Source of the DNA: Minisyncoccota bacterium
Lineage (GTDB): Bacteria > Patescibacteriota > Minisyncoccia > Phycocordibacterales > Phycocordibacteraceae
DNA length: 24,000 nucleotides
Direction: 5' to 3'
Assembly: GCA_023653145.1 (NCBI GenBank)
Contig: JAMNXM010000002.1
Span: 13,268 to 37,267, forward strand
Numbering within the stretch: the first letter of the stretch is position 1; each line of letters starts with the position of its first letter. Positions 21,470 through 24,000 of this stretch are shown piece after piece. The notes under the pieces are model-generated. The model made no database searches and was not told the DNA's origin. It saw nothing but the letters and a program-made list of their open reading frames with translations. Both the position numbers and the translations under genes were made by a program.

Positions 21470-22137
21470 TACTTCCCCATTCTACGCTGTCTGAGTGCAT
21501 ACAAGTCCAAGACTTCGAAAAACTCTTCTTTGGTAAATGCTGGCCAGTAGGTTGAGGTAAAAAAGAGTTCGCTATAGACTGACCCCCACGTAAGGAAGTT
21601 AGAGAGTCGTTGGTCACCACCGGTGCGGATGATGAGATCAGGGTCGGGCAAATCTGCAGTCCACATGCACGCCTTAAACTCTGCCTCGGTTGGCAAGTGT
21701 TTTCCGTGCGCCAGTGTAAACGCTGCATCAAGTATTTCCGCACGACCACCATACGAGAGTCCGAACCATGCAGTGATCGCGGTGTTGTGCTTTGTCTGCT
21801 CCTCTATATCTGAGAACACCTTTTGGATACGCTTTGAAAACCGCTCACGCTGCCCTGCAATACGGATACGTACACCGCGCCCTGCAAGTTCTGTCGCATG
21901 CGTCTTAAAGAAAAGTTCAATGAGAAGCATGAGGTGCTCGAGCTCCTTGGGCGAGCGCTTCCAATTTTCAGTCGAGAGGGTGTAGAAAAAGAGATCCGAA
22001 ATGCCCCCGCGCTCGCGCGCCCACTCGATGCAGTCTCGAACCCGTCGAACTCCGGCCAAATGCCCCTCTGATGAGGCGAGGCCCCGCTCAGTCGCAAAAC
22101 GCCTGTTACCGTCGATGATAATGCCTATAGAGAGCAT
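21469..22137 (-). CDS. uppS: isoprenyl transferase / undecaprenyl diphosphate synthase
   Basis: IGIIIDGNRRFA, YTLSTENWKR, IRTGGDQRLSNFLTWGSVYSELFF. There is a 1-nt overlap with the downstream rluA-family gene. Confidence 0.92.
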   Translation of the reverse strand: MLSIGIIIDGNRRFATERGLASSEGHLAGVRRVRDCIEWARERGGISDLFFYTLSTENWKRSPKELEHLMLLIELFFKTHATELAGRGVRIRIAGQRERFSKRIQKVFSDIEEQTKHNTAITAWFGLSYGGRAEILDAAFTLAHGKHLPTEAEFKACMWTADLPDPDLIIRTGGDQRLSNFLTWGSVYSELFFTSTYWPAFTKEEFFEVLDLYALRQRRMGK

Positions 22138-22144
22138 GTCGCGG

Positions 22145-22151
22145 TACTATA
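22145..22151. promoter_or_regulatory. symmetric TAnnnTA element (TACTATA) in the 20-nt uppS/DUF4105 divergent intergenic region
   Basis: The plus strand reads TACTAT-7 nt-ATG (22158). The minus strand reads TATAGT-8 nt-ATG (22137). Confidence 0.5.
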
Positions 22152-22157
22152 GCGCAT

Positions 22158-22943
22158 ATGGCATCCAAAACGCCACAGAAGACCCGTGCCTGGTATCCGA
22201 AGTATGGACCACACCAGTTTGACGCAGTACGTGCATCCGACGGCACGTATACGATCGGTGGTGTGCGGAACTTTGTGTACCGTCGAGACGGGAGTGGCAC
22301 CGAGTCGTGGCTTACTGGAGTGCCTGTTAATACCAACGACGTCGTGCGTACCTGGTACCTCCTTGAGCCTTTTACCCGGTTTGCTGCAATTGCTCATCCA
22401 TACTTCGTTTTTGAAATGCAAGACGGGTCTGTGCTCTGTTTTACTATCGAAGGCAAACGACTGAGTGGTGAGCCATACTCGGCGCTCCGTGGCATGCTCA
22501 GCGCGTACGAACTCGGATACATCTGGACGACAGGGCTCGACTGCATCACGATGCCACTGACGCGTGGAGCGCTTGCGCTCTATGCGTACCCACTCACACT
22601 GACCCCACACGAATCCAAAGAGACGCTACGAGCGCTCCTCGATGGGACGCACGGCCTCCACGAAACACCTGAGTTCTATCACACCATCCTAAACAACTGC
22701 ACTATACGATTTGCGCACACCATTCGTGCAGAACGTATACGACCTCTCCCATTTGACCTCTCGTGGTACCTGCCTGGATGGTCGGATCGATACTTTATGC
22801 GCACTGGCCTCATTGCACCGACAGGTGACTACCGCGAGGCACGCAGAGCGCACGACTTAGTGCGACAAGCTGAAACGGTATGGGGGCACATTGAAAGTCG
22901 TGGCGAACGCGCCATAGTAGATATACTCAAGAGTGCGAACTAG
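22158..22943 (+). CDS. DUF4105 (Lnb N-terminal-like) domain protein
   Basis: IGGVRNFVYR...HPYFVFEMQDGSVLCFTIEGKRLSGEPYSALRGMLSAYELGYIW...PEFYHTILNNCT fits my recollection of the DUF4105 pattern. Confidence 0.55.
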   Translation: MASKTPQKTRAWYPKYGPHQFDAVRASDGTYTIGGVRNFVYRRDGSGTESWLTGVPVNTNDVVRTWYLLEPFTRFAAIAHPYFVFEMQDGSVLCFTIEGKRLSGEPYSALRGMLSAYELGYIWTTGLDCITMPLTRGALALYAYPLTLTPHESKETLRALLDGTHGLHETPEFYHTILNNCTIRFAHTIRAERIRPLPFDLSWYLPGWSDRYFMRTGLIAPTGDYREARRAHDLVRQAETVWGHIESRGERAIVDILKSAN

Positions 22944-22945
22944 TG

Positions 22946-23018
22946 TGGGCGATACAGGACTCGAACCTGTGACCTTCCCCGTGTAAAGGGGTTGCTCTAC
23001 CAACTGAGCTAATCGCCC
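22946..23018 (-). tRNA. tRNA-Val (anticodon TAC), CCA not encoded
   Basis: The minus strand reads GGGCGAT TA GCTC AGTTGGTA GAGC A ACCCC TTTACAC GGGGA AGGTC ACAGG TTCGAGT CCTGT ATCGCCC A. It has one A27-A43 mismatch. Confidence 0.88.
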
Positions 23019-23132
23019 GCCTTGTAAAGATAGTATGAAAAGTGTTTCGTCACAACTGCGCTACTGTTTTTACCGTGTGCCTGCAAGTTGCTTCTCGCCC
23101 ATGCTCGGCGCACTCGCAAGCCGCTGCTCGCG

Positions 23133-23198
23133 GTTTTCTGGGACAGAAAACATCGCTCCGCCCGCCACAAAACCAGAAAATTCCGCACATGCGGAATT
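23133..23198 (-). other. two perfect 8-bp hairpins in the tRNA-Arg/tRNA-Val spacer
   Basis: GTTTTCTG-gga-CAGAAAAC (23133-23151) and AATTCCGC-acat-GCGGAATT (23179-23198). On the minus strand the second is followed by ttctggtttt, which is terminator-like. Confidence 0.5.
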
Positions 23199-23211
23199 GT
23201 TCTGTGTTTTG

Positions 23212-23283
23212 TGGCCCCAGTAGGAATCGAACCTACATCGACGGCTTAGAAGTCCGCAGCTCTATCCATTGAGCTATGGGGCC
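23212..23283 (-). tRNA. tRNA-Arg (anticodon TCT), CCA not encoded
   Basis: The minus strand reads GGCCCCA TA GCTC AATGGATA GAGC T GCGGA CTTCTAA GCCGT CGAT GTAGG TTCGATT CCTAC TGGGGCC A. It has an A31-G39 mismatch at the loop-closing pair. Confidence 0.85.
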
Positions 23284-23318
23284 AACCCCACTACACTACC
23301 ACGCACACCTTTACGCAT

Positions 23319-23630
23319 CTACCGACGCCTTTGTGGGTCTGTTAAGTCATACACTACGAAACTTTTTGAAACATATGCTGCAGCGCGACCTTGGTACGCC
23401 TCAAGCACTACGCGGATAGACTCTTGAGTCACCGGTATGGTTGGCTTAGGCGCATTCGTGCTCCCGGACACCAAAGACCCCGTTTGTATACTCAGAAAGA
23501 GTTGTGCACCAACACCCGCTCCGCCCACAAACAAAAGAAACGAGAGTGCGGCAATAATAAGCCAATCGCGTGAAGGGTTTGGTCGCGTTATCTGTGCGAG
23601 CGCGTTCGTAAGTTTGAGTAGATCGTCCAT
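23319..23630 (-). CDS. hypothetical single-TM protein (103 aa)
   Basis: The ORF has one TM helix (WLIIAALSFLLFVGGAGVGAQLFL). It starts 1 nt after the upstream gene's stop, and I recognised no family. Confidence 0.5.
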   Translation of the reverse strand: MDDLLKLTNALAQITRPNPSRDWLIIAALSFLLFVGGAGVGAQLFLSIQTGSLVSGSTNAPKPTIPVTQESIRVVLEAYQGRAAAYVSKSFVVYDLTDPQRRR

Positions 23631-23631
23631 A

Positions 23632-24000
23632 CTATTTGAGTTTTACGAATGACACGACATAGGTCCCGTACCACCCCTTCCCTGTTGCAGCAATATCGGC
23701 GCTTGCAAGGTATGCTCCACGCGGCAGCGACTCAAGGACGGTGCCAAACCGCGCCGCACCTTGAAACGTACTTTCTGCAGACACGGTAATGTCGAGCCGC
23801 TCATGTCGCGCATCAAGCGGGGTAAGTGTCGCAGCGCCAACCTCAGCCTTTACGCCAGCGAGAGTTCCTGCCTGCTCAACAAGTTCAATCGCTTGCGCTG
23901 TCCCTTCAGTAGGGACGATGAAAAACTGCACTGCGCTTCGCTCTGCTGATGTCTGTGCCAAAAACTGAGCGGCAATTTTTGCAAAGGTGTCGCGTGCGGT
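23632..24000 (-). CDS. hypothetical protein, C-terminal part (5' end beyond the right edge); possibly PilO-like, unverified
   Basis: The reading frame stays open to position 24000, and the track's M at 23961 is a TTG inside the frame. The C-terminus reads LDITVSAESTFQGAARFGTVLESLPRGAYLASADI...YVVSFVKLK. Confidence 0.45.
   Translation of the reverse strand, partial: TARDTFAKIAAQFLAQTSAERSAVQFFIVPTEGTAQAIELVEQAGTLAGVKAEVGAATLTPLDARHERLDITVSAESTFQGAARFGTVLESLPRGAYLASADIAATGKGWYGTYVVSFVKLK

Noticed and set aside
22125-22610. 161-aa minus-strand ORF.
   Set aside because: It is antisense to the DUF4105 gene and overlaps the uppS start region, so it looks like a shadow frame.
22946-23283. Anticodon-stem mismatches in tRNA-Val (A27-A43) and tRNA-Arg (A31-G39) as a sign of pseudo-tRNAs.
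   Set aside because: All other arms, loops and conserved positions (U33, the T-loop TTCGA, D-loop GG) are intact, and single stem mismatches are common in genuine tRNAs.
1-24000. Searched by eye for CRISPR repeats, IS elements with terminal inverted repeats, integrases next to the tRNAs, toxin-antitoxin pairs and known defence genes.
   Set aside because: I found no regularly spaced direct repeats, no transposase, integrase or recombinase-like ORFs, and no attachment-site-like tRNA 3' duplications. The hairpins present are single-copy.

Overview
Very gene-dense bacterial chromosome segment with tiny or overlapping intergenic regions and almost no Shine-Dalgarno motifs. I infer a small-genome uncultivated lineage (CPR/Patescibacteria-like) from three things: the DUF2914/DUF2061/YibE-F/DUF4105 gene content, rplK without rplA, and compact gene junctions. 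Order left to right: (1) argS (partial), glyA and tmk on the minus strand, divergent from thyA-dcd-folA on the plus strand, with a convergent CofE-like gamma-glutamyl ligase. Together these form a complete thymidylate/folate-cycle island. (2) secE-nusG-rplK, ending in a terminator instead of rplA. (3) A SIMPL protein, a YibE/F membrane protein with a His-rich tail, and a divergent ZIP metal transporter. (4) A translationally coupled 5-gene minus-strand operon at 10116-15321: CooC-like P-loop ATPase, type III PLP decarboxylase-like enzyme, CysK-fold PLP enzyme fused to rhodanese, SufS-like class V PLP enzyme, and a Fur-family regulator. A palindromic operator candidate overlaps its promoter, and spot counts suggest lower GC than the flanks. 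(5) Small membrane and RGG-rich ORFs. (6) A DUF2061-DUF2914-DUF475 membrane operon. (7) An EEP-family nuclease/phosphatase, a HIT protein, csp and tRNA-Asp. (8) uppS, an RluA-family synthase and rplS. (9) A DUF4105 protein, tRNA-Val, tRNA-Arg and two hypothetical genes, the last partial. I saw no CRISPR array, transposase, integrase, toxin-antitoxin pair or recognisable defence gene. The best candidate for an undescribed system is the Fur-linked ATPase plus three-PLP-fold operon beside the ZIP transporter. The second notable signal is a recurring -10 hexamer, 6 nt, ATG geometry, which suggests leaderless transcription units. Three of these sites are symmetric TAnnnTA elements that could serve divergent genes. 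All functional calls come from reading motifs by eye, and no database search was run.
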